Positions 48,961 through 63,629 of a stretch of 64,000 bases of DNA are shown one piece after another; position 1 is the first letter of the stretch, and each line of letters begins with the position of its first letter. The stretch lies in contig RHPI01002119.1 of NCBI GenBank assembly GCA_009103225.1, positions 62,001 to 126,000 on the forward strand, in the 5' to 3' direction. The stretch comes from Chlorokybus atmophyticus (Eukaryota; Plantae; Mesostigma and Chlorokybus algae). Under the pieces are notes generated by a model. The model saw only the letters and a list, made by a program, of their open reading frames with translations, had not been told where the DNA came from and made no database searches. The position numbers and the translations under genes were made by a program.

Positions 48961-50454
48961 CATCTGCTCCTCAAGTGGAGCGTTTTGTTTAGAAGTGCAA
49001 TGAAATCAGCCAATAGTGCTGTTGTACAGAGCTCTTCGCGCTGCGATACCAGGGCGCCAAGCGCCGGCAGGGTGGTGATTGTGAGTCGCGGCGGGGGGTT
49101 TGATGGCTGCTTGGGGGGGATAGGTCAGGGCCATGCTGTGCTCGGCGTCAGGGGTGGCGCCACGTTGTACACAGCCCCAATCTTGCGGGATGTTGCTTCA
49201 AGTTCAGCGGCGCGTCGGCGCAGTGCCACCAGTGCGCTGCAGACGGCGTCCGGCCCAGCCCTAGCCCGAGCAGCTGCACAATATCACGCCAGCAAAGGCC
49301 AGCACAAGGAGCTGTCAAGAAGTGAGTTTGAAAATTTAAAGAAAAACGTTGCCCTAATCCTCAACGCTACTATGGTAAGTGGTAGGTTAATTTATTTGCA
49401 TCGGTACATGTTGATGATATTGATACTAGCATGGTTCGTATGCGGTGTTCGCTACGAGCCGCCCTGACAGTAATACACATGTACACACATAACGCTCAGG
49501 CAACAAGAGCGGAACTTTTAGATGATGCTCGTGCAATCAGGATGGAGTTATTGGATGATGCTTGAGCAATGCGAACATACTTGTTACAGGCCATGCATAG
49601 GGTATGAGTCATATTTGCAAGAATGCAAGCAAGCATGCAGTCCGTGTTCACAGCAGCCAACAGTAACTGTGCAATGCATACCTTGCGTCTCGACGTTGAC
49701 ATTCTACAAGGTTTTCTCGGAGGGCAAGAGTTGCCATCCGAGTGCTAATCCGATGTTGTAGGGTTAAGCAAATTAGCATTGGTTATGTGTTATTGATTAT
49801 TGGTAGCATTGTACTAACACGTGGTGATTGCGGCGCTCTTGTAGTGTTGCATGGTAAAGGCGATTTGCCTCGCACACATATGCAAGCACACCAAGCGCAA
49901 GCAAATGCTCGAAGATGCATATGCAAAGACCACAATGGACAGAGAACCAAGAAAGTCTACATGCACCATGTGTCGCCAAGCAGTTCTTGTATAGATTACT
50001 TCAAAGCTTCAACAGTATTGAACAATGTCTCCTGGGGTGACGAATCTACTAAGCTAACCGCACATGCTTGTATCAGGTAAACAAAGCAGCTTTAACACAC
50101 CCTCAACATCATGCAATATCAAACATGAGCTGGCATGATTCTTGCACCTTGTGTCCCGCACCAACATCATTGAATGCCTAACAGTTGCCAAGCCATTTTC
50201 CTGCGGGCATGTCACGCGGCACTAACTGTTTCAACAACTATACATCGCACACCATGGCTAGTTTTAACTGATTGTATGTCACATTGTGTAGTCGCACCGC
50301 ACATGCTGGCGCCATGTTAGCCGCCACAGCGTGACAACCACATGTACTAACAGCTTGCAGCAATTTGCTAAACTGTCCAGCACAAACAACAACCACAACA
50401 TGCTTAGGATACCGTAGCGTACGCTCCCCATATGTCCCCCTGGTATAAACACAA

Positions 50455-52781
50455 CTACTTCCTTGAGATGTCTTTGCCAAAAAGTGATGCAATGGCCTTG
50501 GCAGGGTTGTCCTCGCGCACAAGAGACTCCCCAACCAGCACCTGTGCAAGCTATTCATTAAAACAACGTGCATGCGCAATGACTAGTGCAACAGTCAAAT
50601 GGCGCACTCACCGCACCAACCCCAGCCCTTTGCACAACAGCGATGTCGTCAGGCGTAAACAACCCCGACTCGCCCACAACCTGCACGAGAAAAAAGTAAC
50701 AAGTAACAATTACAGCACCCCAATATCACGCAAACCCCAAAGTGCGCGCATGCATCCACCCTGATCACGCATACCAAAATGTTCTTCTCCCTCACAAGCT
50801 CCCCGCGCTGGCCGGCTAGCAACTCAGCGGTGTTGTAGATGTCAACCTTGAAAGTGCCCAAGTCCCGATTGTTGATGCCCATGAGAGTGACGCCTTCCAG
50901 CACCAGCACCCTGTCTGCCTCTTCCGCAGTGTGAACCTGCACAAACCCACAACAACATGTATGAGTCACCTTCACGAACCAACATCTGTGATCAGCTGCC
51001 ACTACTCGCGCGCTCACCTCCACCAGTGCGGCCATGCCGAGGGCATTGGCCACCTTCAGGAGGTACTTAAGGTCATAGTCACTGAGGACAGCCGCGATGA
51101 GGAGAATGCAATCGGCGCCCTTCACCCTTGCGAGGAAGATCTGGTACGGCTCCACGATGAAGTCTTTGCACAGCAGCGGACACTGCCAAGACAGAACACA
51201 TCTTGCAGTTGGAAATGGAAATGGAATCTTCCGCTTTCGATGCACAACTGTCATTTGCATTGATGCTCACCTGCACACCACTTTCCCTAATCTCCTTCAG
51301 GTACTCAAAGTCGCCCTGCGAGTTGCAACATGCTGAGGATACGTTGTGCAAATGTTGTCCCACTGCTTGTGTGCAATAGTTCAACACGACTGACGTGCTG
51401 CTCACCTGAAAATACTTGCTATCCGTCAACACGCTGATGCACGCGGCGCCACCTTCCTCATATTCTTTGGCTATCTCAACCTGGCAGGCAGTTGCATGCT
51501 TGACATATGTGCTGAACTTCAACTGCACGCGAAGCGCGTACAAACACGAAACAGCATACACCGTACCGGGTTGAAGTCCTCGCGGATAACGCCTCTGCTG
51601 GGTGAGGCCTTCTTGACTTCTGCAATGAGTGCGGGTGCGTCGGTCTCGGTGGCACGCGCCCTGAGTGCAGCCACGAAATCACGCGCGGGTTCAGCGCCTT
51701 TCACCGCTGATACCAGCGTCTGGAATGGCACCTTCTCTTTCCTCTGCAAACACGATGCAAGCGTTGCATCAGCACTTATAAGACAGCGACAACTATGCCA
51801 TGGCTGGCATGCGGTGAAACAGTGGCCATGGCATTGCATGCTTCAACAGCAGGCAATGCTGCATCCATGCGCAATCCTCATTGCATTGTCCCTCATGCTG
51901 AATACGACAGCATGAGTCAACTGCGCTCAGCGTGCCCTAACGAAAGAACGCACTCGTTGGTGTCAGATGCCTCCGATAAACAACCACAGCAACTCAACGT
52001 ATCGACCATCATAGACTGTGTTGTCAAGTCCCAATGCAATACCCATACACGAACACAAAAACACACATGCAAAGGCACACATGCAAAGGCACAAACACAC
52101 GCGAGCCCACACATGCATGCACCCACATGCACCTGTACAAATGCATACGCACACACGCATGCACAAACACACAAAATAAACAAGTGCGGACCTGGCCGAT
52201 CTCAACGTCCTTCCACCAGACGATCTCCTCGAGGATGTTCTGTGGCTTGGCCTCCTCACCGAGCCCATCGACCCGGAAAGAGAAGTTGGGTCCGCAGCTC
52301 AGCACGTTGGCATTTGCTCCGGACGCCCCCACAGGCGGCCGCCGCCTCACCGTCACCTGCGTCTGACCTCCGTGGCTGCTGCTGGACGGCGCCTCAGCCT
52401 GAAAACCCTCAAACAGTCAATCAATCAGTAGACGAGAAGCAGTGAACTCATGCATGTGATGTGAGGAGCAATCAGCATTCTTGCCTCCTCCGGGTCGGTT
52501 AGGGTTTCGCTGTCGATGGCGGTGCAGCGGACGGTGAAGGATGAGGACGAGGAGGCGGGGGAGGATGAGGAGGCCATGGACAATGAGGGTGAGAAGAAGG
52601 AGGAGGAAGACAAGGAAGAGGAGAAAGACGATGTCAAGGCTTTCAAAAGTGGCCTAGCTGCCGACGGCCTTGACGTCAGCCTTGCGGAGGCGAGCGGCCA
52701 GGCCAGAGTCGCCGTCGCCGTCGTCACTGCGATCGGCGACGCCAACACTGTCGCGGTGGTCGTAGCCGATAACAACGCCAT
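50455..52781 (-). CDS. IGPS: Plastid indole-3-glycerol-phosphate synthase (TrpC), multi-exon
   Basis: Ser/Thr-rich transit peptide ending FTVRC, then [80 protein letters not shown] and VLVGESLV. Confidence 0.96.
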
Positions 52782-53133
52782 CGCTTCTGCTACAACCCAC
52801 TCACCGCCGACGCAATGCCGCCACAACAAACCTCCCTGTCCCCGACACTGCCAATGACGACTTCGACAACGTCGCCGCCGCTGACGAAAGACTGAGGTGT
52901 TACTGGCGTAACAAAATGCAGCTGCTTGTCTATAGCGTTTAACAAACTGCAAGCGGCGCTTTCGATCAGAATCAAGATCAAGTCGATAACATGATCAGCG
53001 TCCAGATCGCTCAGTCCTGTTTGAGATATTGCGCCTCACGTGCCTGACCATGTCCCTGGCGTCGTCCTCGGCATCGTTCTCGTCGTGGCCGGCGGCGGCG
53101 GCATAGGCTGGCCGCCGCGAGAGGCGTGGTGTG

Positions 53134-56100
53134 ATGGAGGGTTTGGGAGAGGGAGAAGGAGGGGAGGATGGCGGCGAGGATAACGGAAGCATCGATGAGG
53201 AGGTGGACAGGCAGCTGGCGGCGATCCAGGATGATGAGGACAGTGGGGATGAGGACGAATGGGAGACAGCTGCAGGTAAGTGCTGCGCGGAGAACCGCGA
53301 AGAATCACATCTACATTAACATCCAAATCACTCGTGATTGTCGTGTGTACTCGTGATGGTTGTGTTTGTGGCAAGCTGATACTTGTGTATATGGCAAGTA
53401 TTAGCTTGCCATACACACAAATGTGGGATGGTTGTGTGTATGTCCAATATAAGCTTGCCATACACAGTATATAGGCGAGATATGTTGTGTCGCTCCTTAC
53501 ACCACGTTGTGAGTAATGGCTTGCCATATACACAATAAGGCTAGCCAGCCGTGTTTGCTGCCAGAATGGTACCTCCAGGAAGTCAACAGTCATAACTACG
53601 ATAAAGTTAGTCAGTTGTAACGATGTTACGAACCCCCATGAATGAACAACTGGTGGTATGCTGGAACCACCATGCACAACCCACGCAAACAGGTGTGTGT
53701 TCATGCGCACGCACGCAAACATGCAAACACCCATGAAGCCAAACAAGGCACACACAGGCATCTTCACACTCGCACGCTCGCGCACGCATACACACGCGCA
53801 CGCGCACGCGCGCACATGCGAACAACGCAATGCAACATGACAACGCACGCATCATCACACGCACACATATTCACACACAAAGTGAGTGACGCGTCTCTTT
53901 CCTCAGCGTGTACGCCTGTGTCTCTCAACGCCTCGGAGGACGACCAGGATGAGGAGGAGGAGGACAAGGAGGTGCGCAAGGCCCTTGCTGCCCTCACCGA
54001 GCGCATGGCCGTCACAGACCGCCGACTGCACTCCGCCGCCGCCGTCAACCTCAACACTAACGACACATCACACCAGCACACTGACGATGTAAGCTTCAAC
54101 TTCACACTCACATTGACCAACACAACAATCGAAGCGCTGAGGACCATACGTTGTTCAGACTGCTTCCACGACGACATGGCGAGCCGCCCTGTTGGAAAGC
54201 AGCGCCGTCGTCGCCAACATCGCACCACCGAAAGCCATCGACTCAGCAACTTGTCGCGAGGACGGTGGTGATGCGGACGACGATGATGATGATGATGATG
54301 ATGATGATGTGAGGAGTCCCGGTGCAAAGTCTCTCTGGCACGACCGCACGTCTTGGTTCACCGCTCTTTTGCACAACGATGCTGCTCGTGAGGCCGCGCG
54401 ACTTCATCGCGAGTGCGCCCGCGCGCGCGAGGTCGCCGACAGTGAGATGAAGATCGCAGAAGTGGCCGCGCAGATCGAGGAGGAGAGGGCGAGGGGGACG
54501 GAGGAGAAGTGGAGGGAGGCGAGGGAGAACTATGAGGAGGCGAGGAGGTATGCGTGTGCGTGTGCATGTGGGTGGGTGCGGGGTTGGNNNNNNNNNNNNN
54601 NNNNNNNNNNNNNNNNNNNNNNNNNNNNNNNNNNNNNNNNNNNNNNNNNNNNNNNNNNNNNNNNNNNNNNNNNNNNNNNNNNNNNNNNNNNNNNNNNNNN
54701 NNNNNNNNNNNNNNNNNNNNNNNNNNNNNNNNNNNNNNNNNNNNNNNNNNNNNNNNNNNNNNNNNNNNNNNNNNNNNNNNNNNNNNNNNNNNNNNNNNNN
54801 NNNNNNNNNNNNNNNNNNNNNNNNNNNNNNNNNNNNNNNNNNNNNNNNNNNNNNNNNNNNNNNNNNNNNNNNNNNNNNNNNNNNNNNNNNNNNNNNNNNN
54901 NNNNNNNNNNNNNNNNNNNNNNNNNNNNNNNNNNNNNNNNNNNNNNNNNNNNNNNNNNNNNNNNNNNNNNNNNNNNNNNNNNNNNNNNNNNNNNNNNNNN
55001 NNNNNNNNNNNNNNNGGCCGCGGGGAGGGGGGGTTGTTGAGTGGGTGGGGTGGTTAAGTCTGTTGTATGTTGTTAGGCGGATTGATGAGGCGGCGGAGGC
55101 TGAGCGGGCGTGGCTTGTGGCGAAGGCTGAGGAGGCTCGACGAGAGCAAGAGGAGGCCATGCGCAACAAGCGACTCGCAGAAGTGAGATGTGGCAATGTG
55201 CACTTTGTTTGTACCTGCGTCCTGCATATGACGCTCTTTTATGTCCCAGAAGGCTGACGCAGACCACACGCACACGCACATGACACACCATATAACTTGA
55301 ACTTGTGCGCAGATACGTGTCATGATGGCGGCACGCACAATGCAACGCCTCTTCCGCTCCAAGCTTCTAACACACCAACTCCACCAACAACTCCACGCCC
55401 ACGCCCACGCCCGCGAGCGCGCCATCACCCTCATCCAGTCCCACGCTCGCCGCCTCCTCGCCCGCCACCGCGCGTCCACACTCGTGCAATCCCGCACCCG
55501 CACGCGCAATGAAGCCCTGCACGCGTTGGTCGATGCGTCCAACGACGGCGGCAAGAGGGAGGTGCATGAAGCGGCAAGGGAAGCGCATAGAAGAGGGGTT
55601 GGCGTGGAGGAGATTGCGGAAGCGTGGGCGGCGCTGGAGAGGAGAATACACACGTGCAAGCTCCAGATGATGGTCAGTGAGGATACAACCTCTTGTTGGG
55701 TAGATATGATGATAGATGAGTTGATATGCTCATAAGGTACCCACATTACACCCGCGCGCACGCGTGCACACTCTCACACTCTCCCTGCAGAGGTTGCCCG
55801 GTGATGAGATACGGAGCGAGGTTGTTCACTTGTGCTCCGAGGCCGTCAAGATGGAGATCATCACGCAACAACAGGCGTCCCAACACGTGTCGCTCACAGA
55901 CCAACGGGACGCAGAGGCAACTTCAGCTCTGCTCGCAGCCACCACAACAGGTGTGATGAGTGACACCATGAGTTGTGTGTGGTGTGTGTTTGTCTCATAC
56001 GTGTGCACCATCACAGGTGATCGGGCGCAGTACGATGCGTGCGTGGCGCGTGCGCGCGTGTTGGGGTTGGCCGGCGGGGAGGGGTGGTTGCGCGCGGAGA

Positions 56101-59100
56101 GGGCGTGGAGGGAGCGACGGGAGGCGTGTGCACGCAAGCTGAGGGGTGCAGTTGATAGAGAAGGAGTCGAGCGGGTGTGCAGAGAAGCAAGAGCAATCGG
56201 TCTGAATGAGGTATGTAAAGTGCGTGTGTGTGCGCGTGTGTGTGTATGCGCGAGCGTGTGTATGAGCCTGTTTGTACACGTGAGCATGTGCACGCATGTG
56301 TGCATGTACGTGTGCATGTGTGTGCGCACATGCAAGCCTGTACATTGTCTGTGACTGGTTATACATGACACACGTTCGTCGATAGGGTGTAATTTGGTGT
56401 GTTTGTTGCAGGAGGCTGATGTAGCAGAGAGGTCTTTGCGCGAGCGTGAGGCCGCTATATCCGCACGCAAGGCTGCACTCGAAGCCGCGACATCCACTTT
56501 AATTGCTGCTTCCAAGCACGGGACCCTCGTTGATTTCAACCTCGCATGCGATGAGGCACTCAAACACGGGTTGGATAAGCCACTGCTAGAGTCTGCAAAG
56601 CTTGTTATCGAGGAGCGGAGGGCACGGATATCGCACCTGCTTACTAGAGCAAGCACCAGCGGGGATGCCGCTCGTTTCGGCGATATTGCAGCCAGTGCCG
56701 AGGCGCTTGGCGTGGATATCACTGATGCGAGGGCGATACACATGCGGCTCGCAAGGATAACGGAATTGCGAGGGAAGAAGACTCTTAGCGTGGTGTATCA
56801 GCGGGACAGCCGTGGGTGGCCGTGTAGGTATCTCCAAAGCGCTGGAAATATTGACGCAGTTGTGAGTATCACTGTCCGGGAGGGAGATATCAGTGCAATG
56901 TCGTTTGTATCACAGCCAGCAGAGTATGCGCAAGCGCTGATGCGACAGCTGTCGCAGTGGCAGGCTTCTGCGTCAAATGCAGCGGGCCCGCGCATTGCTG
57001 GGGATACTAGTAGTGAAGCAACTGTTGTTAGCAGTAGGGATAGAATAGCATCTAGCCTGAACTCTGTACATAGCTCCGATATTGGCTCTGGCTTGATATC
57101 CGCAGCACGACAGCTGGGGACAGACACAAAAGGCAGCGGGAAGGTACGTGGGCAAGCATGCAAGCAGACACACATGTTGTCACACAGCCACATCATCAGC
57201 AACAAATTGTACGTCTTCAACAGGCGTTGACACGCGCTATGATTGAGCTCAACTCTCCTGGCATCCCCTCAAACAAGGTGTGGTGCTGCCTGTTGTCCAT
57301 GTAACTGTTGGGTTAACATGTGGCACAACAAACCGACATGTTCTTCGTGTAGGTGGAGAGGCTGGATCTGGGTTTGGAGAACCTCTCATCTCTCGTTGAG
57401 TTGCGCGCGTGCCCGCGTTTGCGTGTGCTTCACGCCAACGTGAACGCGCTTCACACCCTCGCGGGCCTGGCCGAGGCGTGTCCACTTCTCGAAGAATTGG
57501 AGCTCAAAGACAACATCTTTCGCACACTCTCATTACAATGTGCCCTCAAGCACCTGACCAAACTGGTTCTAGACTCGAACCGGATTGAGACTATGGACTT
57601 GTCTGCCTGCGAGAGGCTGACACATCTATCACTGGACGGGAACGACATCACCCGGCTGTCGCCGACATCGCTCCCGCCCTCACTAAAGAGTCTCTCTATC
57701 GCGGCCAATAAGCTCGGACCCGTGCTTGACACCAACAACATCCCTCACTTGCCCAGTCTAGAGCGTGCAAACCTCTCACGCAACGCTTTGGAGAAGGTTG
57801 AAGTCGATATCCTCGTGCATCGGTGGCCTCTGCTGCAGTCTCTCACCCTCTCAGGCAACCGTATATCAGCCTTATCATCGATATCCACGCCAATGCTGAG
57901 AGAACTCTGGTTAAACGGTAACCGACTTTCATCACTACCAAAGGGCCTATTCTTCCTTCCTCGGTTAGAGAGACTGCATCTCCAAGACAACGAGATAACC
58001 GAGTTGCGGGAGCTAACCGGGTTGGTCTCTTTGCGCTCTCTGGACTTGTCTTTTAACCGCGTAGCGGACCTTAACCAGCTTCGCCTCCACCTCGCACCCT
58101 GTTGTCGTTTAGTCTCTGCCAGCTTTACTGATAACCCAGTGACTGGAGTAACCGACTACCGAACCGTGGTTATATCAGCCTGCCCTGCGCTAACTGAGCT
58201 GGATAACGAGCCTGTGAAAAAGGAGTTGAAGACACAACTTGAAGCCAAGGCCCTCGCACGCCAGCTGGCAGCTGCATGTGCACATGTGGATACAATTCTT
58301 GGTGTTGCGAGTGAGGGCGAGTACCCTGCAAGTACTTACAAGCAGTTGTTGTTGAAGACCACATCGAGTAGTGGTGATATGGTCTTCAAGCAGCACAGAG
58401 ACTTTACGCCCGTACTGCATCAGAGCGTATTCGAGCTCAACCCAACATATGTTCAGCGCCAGCTGGCGCAGCGAACACGGGCGGCGTCAACCATACAAGA
58501 GTGTTGGCGTCAAGTACGCACACGTACAAGGGGAGGAGGAGCCCAACTCTGCCCCACACCCACAATTGCACCAGTATCTTCTCCACCACCACCACCACCA
58601 CCACAACAACACCATCACGAACAACAACAACAACAACAACAACATAAACATGATGCTGCTACTTTGATACAATCACGTTGGCGTGGGCATACAGCTAGGC
58701 GGGCTTACACCCACACCTTCCTCATCCAACACAAGGCTGCTGTGAAGGTGCAGGCGGTGTTCAGAGGCGTGCGCATGCGCAGACGCATGGTGGCAGCGAT
58801 GGCGGCCGCCCGATACACAGATGACGATGACTTTGACTATGACACTATGGAGGACGAGCGTGTCGTCATCAGCACTCTGCCTGCTCCCGCCGCCGCTCCT
58901 GCTGCTATTGTTGTTCATACACCCAACCTGCCTGTTGTTAGTGCAAAGATAACGAGTATGAGGCCAGAGATCAGTTTTAATCAGATCGAAGTTAGAGCTC
59001 CCCCTCAAGCTTCAAAGAAGGATGGTCAAAGAGAGTTGGAGAAGCCTGCTGAGAAGCCACTGACTGTGCAGGTGTGCTTAGTTGGGCTTGTTTGCAAGAA

Positions 59101-60157
59101 CTTGGTCACAGAAGTCAGTCAGAGTGTTGTGTTTGACACGCACGCACACACCCACGCGCACACAGACCGTGCTCATGTTTCTGTGCTGTTCCAGGTTGAT
59201 ACTGAGGGATCCGTGTCAAGTGCAAGAAGCGTGCGTGTGTTGGAGAAGAAACAGCGTGAGGTGACTGAAGTCGCCAATGAGTGGTAAGTTGTGTGACAAC
59301 GCTGTTGAGTTGAAGACCAATGTAAGATATGTTGTAATGTGGCAATGTTTCATCATACAGGGGTTTCAAGGACCCGCGCACAGCAGAGCTGTTGCTTCGC
59401 GCCAAGCAACGCTTGACCGCCGGCAAGCAGCGTCTCAAAGGAGGAGGCAAAGAGGTTCATCACTCTCAACGCCGGCGCAGTGAGGACTCGATGCGCCGGC
59501 TGAAAGCTGGGGACGTTGACGGCGTCTCAACATCAACAACAACACCGTCTTCAACGAGGCCACCTCGAGCACCACTCCCACTCGCACCGCACTCGCCAGC
59601 ACTATCCGCTGCCTCCATGCCAGCAGGTGTGTGAGTGTAGCTGTGGGTGTGCGAGTGCGTGTGTGTGTGTGCACGCAGCTGGCGTGACAGGCATTGCCTT
59701 TGCAGATGGAGAGGGTGAGGATGCGCGCAGCCAATGGGGTGCGGGTTCAGACGCCGGAAGCACATGCTACAGCGATCGTGGAGGTGTACGCGACTTTACT
59801 TCCAAAGCAGCCAACAACATAAAGGTATTTCCCCCCCTCCCCCCCTCCCCCCCCCCAAACACCNNNNNNNNNNNNNNNNNNNNNNNNNNNNNNNNNNNNN
59901 NNNNNNNNNNNNNNNNNNNNNNNNNNNNNNNNNNNNNNNNNNNNNNNNNNNNNNNNNNNNNNNNNNNNNNNNNNNNNNNNNNNNNNNNNNNNNNNNNNNN
60001 NNNNNNNNNNNNNNNNNNNNNNNNNNNNNNNNNNNNNNNNNNNNNNNNNNNNNNNNNNNNNNNNNNNNNNNNNNNNNNNNNNNNNNNNNNNNNNNNNNNN
60101 NNNNNNNNNNNNNNNNNNNNNNNNNNNNNNNNNNNNNNNNNNNNNNNNNNNNNNNNN

Positions 60158-60209
<52 letters not shown>

Positions 60210-60545
60210 CTCGCTCTCGCTCTCGCTCTCGCTCGTGTTCGTGTTCGTGTCGCTCTCTGATGCACGTGTCGACGTGACTCACATGTTGCTTCAATGCAGA
60301 AGCCAGTGCGGAGGTCTTTATCCGAGAGCGAACGCCGGCCCATTCTCCCACCATTGATAAACAACTTTGTGTCCCTCCCTCCCGTTGCACCCTCTTTCCT
60401 CCACAAGCAGCCACTTGCGCAAAGTGTGAGTGGCCTGACCGTCCCGTTGCCGGATATAAGTAGCCATTTCGACGCGAACGTGCATAGAAGCGTGCATAAA
60501 AGCCTTGCGCTAGATAGTGGAAAAGTGAGGACTAGAAAAGGTTGA
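53134..60545 (+). CDS. LRRIQ1: Large leucine-rich-repeat and IQ-motif protein, LRRIQ1-like (internal exon structure partly hidden by gaps)
   Basis: Acidic N-terminus (IDEEVDRQLAAI), coiled coil, IQ motifs (ITLIQSHARRLLAR, ATLIQSRWRGHTAR, AVKVQAVFRGVRMR), a long LRR exon with LRRcap (FTDNPV...YRTVVISACPALTELDNEPV), and a spliced C-terminal EWGFKDPRTAELLLRAKQRL motif. Confidence 0.65.
54588..55015. other. Assembly gap (428 N) within an LRRIQ1-like intron
   Basis: Run of N. Confidence 1.
59864..60157. other. Assembly gap (294 N) followed by a (CT)n/(CTCGCT)n tract to about 60230
   Basis: Run of N and adjacent simple repeat. Confidence 1.
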
Positions 60546-61494
60546 TTGTTTATTATGGCTTGGTTAATGTGTAGTGTGAGTCACACTGTGTGACACTCAT
60601 AACAACATGGGAGAATCTGATCAAATGTGCCGCAGTGTGGCTTTTGCAATACGATAGCGTATGGTTGCTAAAAGAATGTTGATATAATGTACATTGCTTT
60701 GAGTGCAATGTTATGTAGTAACGGATTGTTATCATGCGGCATGCTTTTGATTCGAGCGATGGGATGTGGTTGTTGTAAATGCAATGTCTCCATGGCGATT
60801 GATATCATATGGTGTACGATTGAAACTGTCATGTATATCAACACATTTATGACTGCAGACTGCTGAGTGTACAACAACCAATGGATGATATGTAAAACTA
60901 GTTTATGCGCCGTATCAGTCACCTTACTTCATAATTACATAATGGCATGACGTCGTGTTTAGTCTCATTGCACAAATGAGAGAATTATGCACACTCATAT
61001 CCATATTAATGATGATGCAGTAAAACACCCTAAGTGTTGATGTAAAGCTATTGCCATGCACTCCTACGCCTTCAGTGTGCAAAGCCGGTTGCTTCAAAGG
61101 TTCAATGACCGCACTTCAAACTCAATGCTGCTTTGAGTTTATTGATATCAACCATTACTCTTCTTTGTTTCGTTCTTTCTTCCTTTCGTTTCATCTTCTT
61201 CCTTTACAGTTTTCCTTGCTCTTCTCTCTCTTTCTTTCTTTCTCTCCTGACAAGTCATTTGCTGAATGTTGACTGGTGTCAATGTGTATTTGATAAACTG
61301 GCTGCCATCAGCCACTGATCATCACCCGTCCCAGCCACACCCAGCAGTGGCACGATGAGAGCGTTCATGACTCACGAGCCGTGTGTGTCCTGCCAATCTC
61401 TCGCTCGCTGCATTGCGCAGTGGACACGTCAGCTAGGCTCTGCGTCCAAGGCCTCAAGCGGCGACGGCGGCGGCGGGTGGACAAGCTAGCGAGC

Positions 61495-63629
61495 ATGCTG
61501 CTGAGGGCGGGCGCTGCGCGTGTCGCTGTGCGGGTCGCTCAACAGGGCAGGACGGTGGCGCTGGCATCCTTGCCTGTGTCGTCATCGTCGTCGTCCACGG
61601 ACTGCTCCTCATCCTTTGGCTGCGATGCCCATGGCCAGGCCACATGGAGCACATGGCGCTGCTACGCCACCGCGGCGACGGCGGCGGCATCAACAGCAAC
61701 AGCAACAGCGACAACGACCACGACAGCGGTGTTGAATGTATGTATGCTGCCAGGGTTCACCGCTTCTGAAACACAGTTTTCGTGACAACCGCTGCTTAGG
61801 GTAGTTTCCAACGACCTCACAAGCTCGTTGAACTTGAACACCCGTGGTGAAAGCTGTTTTGAGCAGCCAAGCATGCATGCTGCTGCTTTATACTTTTTCG
61901 TCTGTATGCATGCGTGCAAGCATCTCCCAGGCCTAGCCGCTTTTCCGCAGCAGTGTGCGGAAGGTGCCACGGTGGTCGCATGCACTTTCAGTAGCCCAGA
62001 CATGCACACTTTATTGTGTGAAAAGCCTGCACGCATGCGCGCACATCTGCTCGTATGCACGAGTACACAAGCATGCACGTACGAATTGGCATGCGCATGT
62101 AGACACGCACACGCATGCGCACAAAAACGCGCGCAAGCTCATGCAGACACGCACACGAGCACGCATGCTCATAATCAAGTACATGCACAGGCACGTATGC
62201 TCACATGCATGCATGCATGTGTAGTGTGCGTGCTCATGCGCAGATGCACGCGCGCACGAGCACGCACACTTGCTCACACTCGCACGCAAAAGCGCATCGC
62301 TATGCGCCCTCACATCCCCACACTCACCCCTTCCCACACATCCACACGCAGCCTTCAGAGCTCTTCCGCGAGAAGCCACGTCCACTTTCTTCCGTCACTA
62401 CCACCGGCGCCGACCCCGCGGGCGAGGCGAAGGGTTGGCGTCGCGCGCTGCTGACGGCGTTGGGAGTCTACTCCCTCGAGTCGCGACTCATCCGAGGAAC
62501 CGAAAGACTCTACGCAGCTGTCGTTACACAGGCAGAGAACAATGCACTCTACCAAGGCATGGACTCTGCATGCGTGCGCGCGCGCGCGCGCGTGCGTGCG
62601 TGCGCGTGCGTGCGTGTGTGCAAGCGTGTGCGTGTTAGTGTTGTACATGTGTTATTCAATTGTGGCTTTGTGTGCGTGCAGCATTGGATCTGGACAAGGA
62701 TTTTCGTGCCGTGCATGCGATGCTGTCGTTGCACCTGTGGCTGCTTCACGAGCGGTTGCGTCGTGAGGCTGCAGACTCAGACAACCACGCTGGCGCCTCC
62801 AAGCTGAGACAGATATTGCACGATCGATTCTGCACGGACGTCGAGCTTCGCGTCCACGCCGCCGGGGTGAGGGAGGAAGAGGAGTGAAGTACTTGTTGTT
62901 GTTGTTGTTGTTGTGTCGGATGAGGTTGGTTAATGTTGTGTACCTTTTGTCAAGTAGGTGAGGGTGAGGGTCGGGAAGTGGCTGAATGAGCTGGAGCAGA
63001 GGTTTTATGGCTACACGTACGCGTTCACGCAAGGGCTCAACGGCAAGGAAGATCTCGGCCTCGCCTTGTGGAGGTAAGGATGTCGTTGATGTTGCTGTCG
63101 TGGTCGTTGTTGATGATGATGATCACGCAGCTATGTTGAAACATATACAAACATCTCACCGCGCGCAGGAATGTGCTGAGGTCAGATGAGTCTCTGCCGG
63201 CAGACACCATTCCTGAAGATCGCAAGGCATATGTACAGGTGAGTATCATGGATTGAGGCATACCTGTGTCAATTGCCGCAGTCTATGCGCCACACTTGCA
63301 AGCTGGACCCACGCATGAGTTGAGAGTTGGGGTGTGCCGGTTATCCTTTCTAGTGTCGCAACGTTGTTGACATCAGTTGTCACTGTATCTGTAATAACGT
63401 GTGCCATGCAGGCTTTGGTGCGATATGTCAAGCGCGAAGCTGCATCTCTTGCCATGACTGGTAAGCACACGTTTCATTGTGGGTGTCTGCATGCATGCGG
63501 TATCAATTGCACCATACAGATGTGCGAAGCATGCTGTATGCTGAGCTCTGATGCAGATGTGCAAACGTTTTTTGTGCAGACATAAAGGATGTTTTGGCCG
63601 GCAACGTCAGGTTTGATGCGTACAAGTAG
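61495..63629 (+). CDS. UQCC1: Ubiquinol-cytochrome c reductase chaperone (UQCC1/CBP3) with a mitochondrial presequence, 7 exons
   Basis: Arg/Ala/Ser-rich presequence; LGVYSLESRLIRGTERLY; DFRAVHAMLSLHLWLLHERLR; DRFCTDVELRV; WLNELEQRFYG...LALWRN; LVRYVKRE; GNVRF. Confidence 0.88.

Noticed and set aside
52499-52507. TTAGGGTTT telo-box in IGPS
   Set aside because: Lies in coding sequence (SETLT codons), so probably coincidental.
54192-55257. Long ORFs spanning N runs
   Set aside because: Artefacts of translating through assembly gaps.
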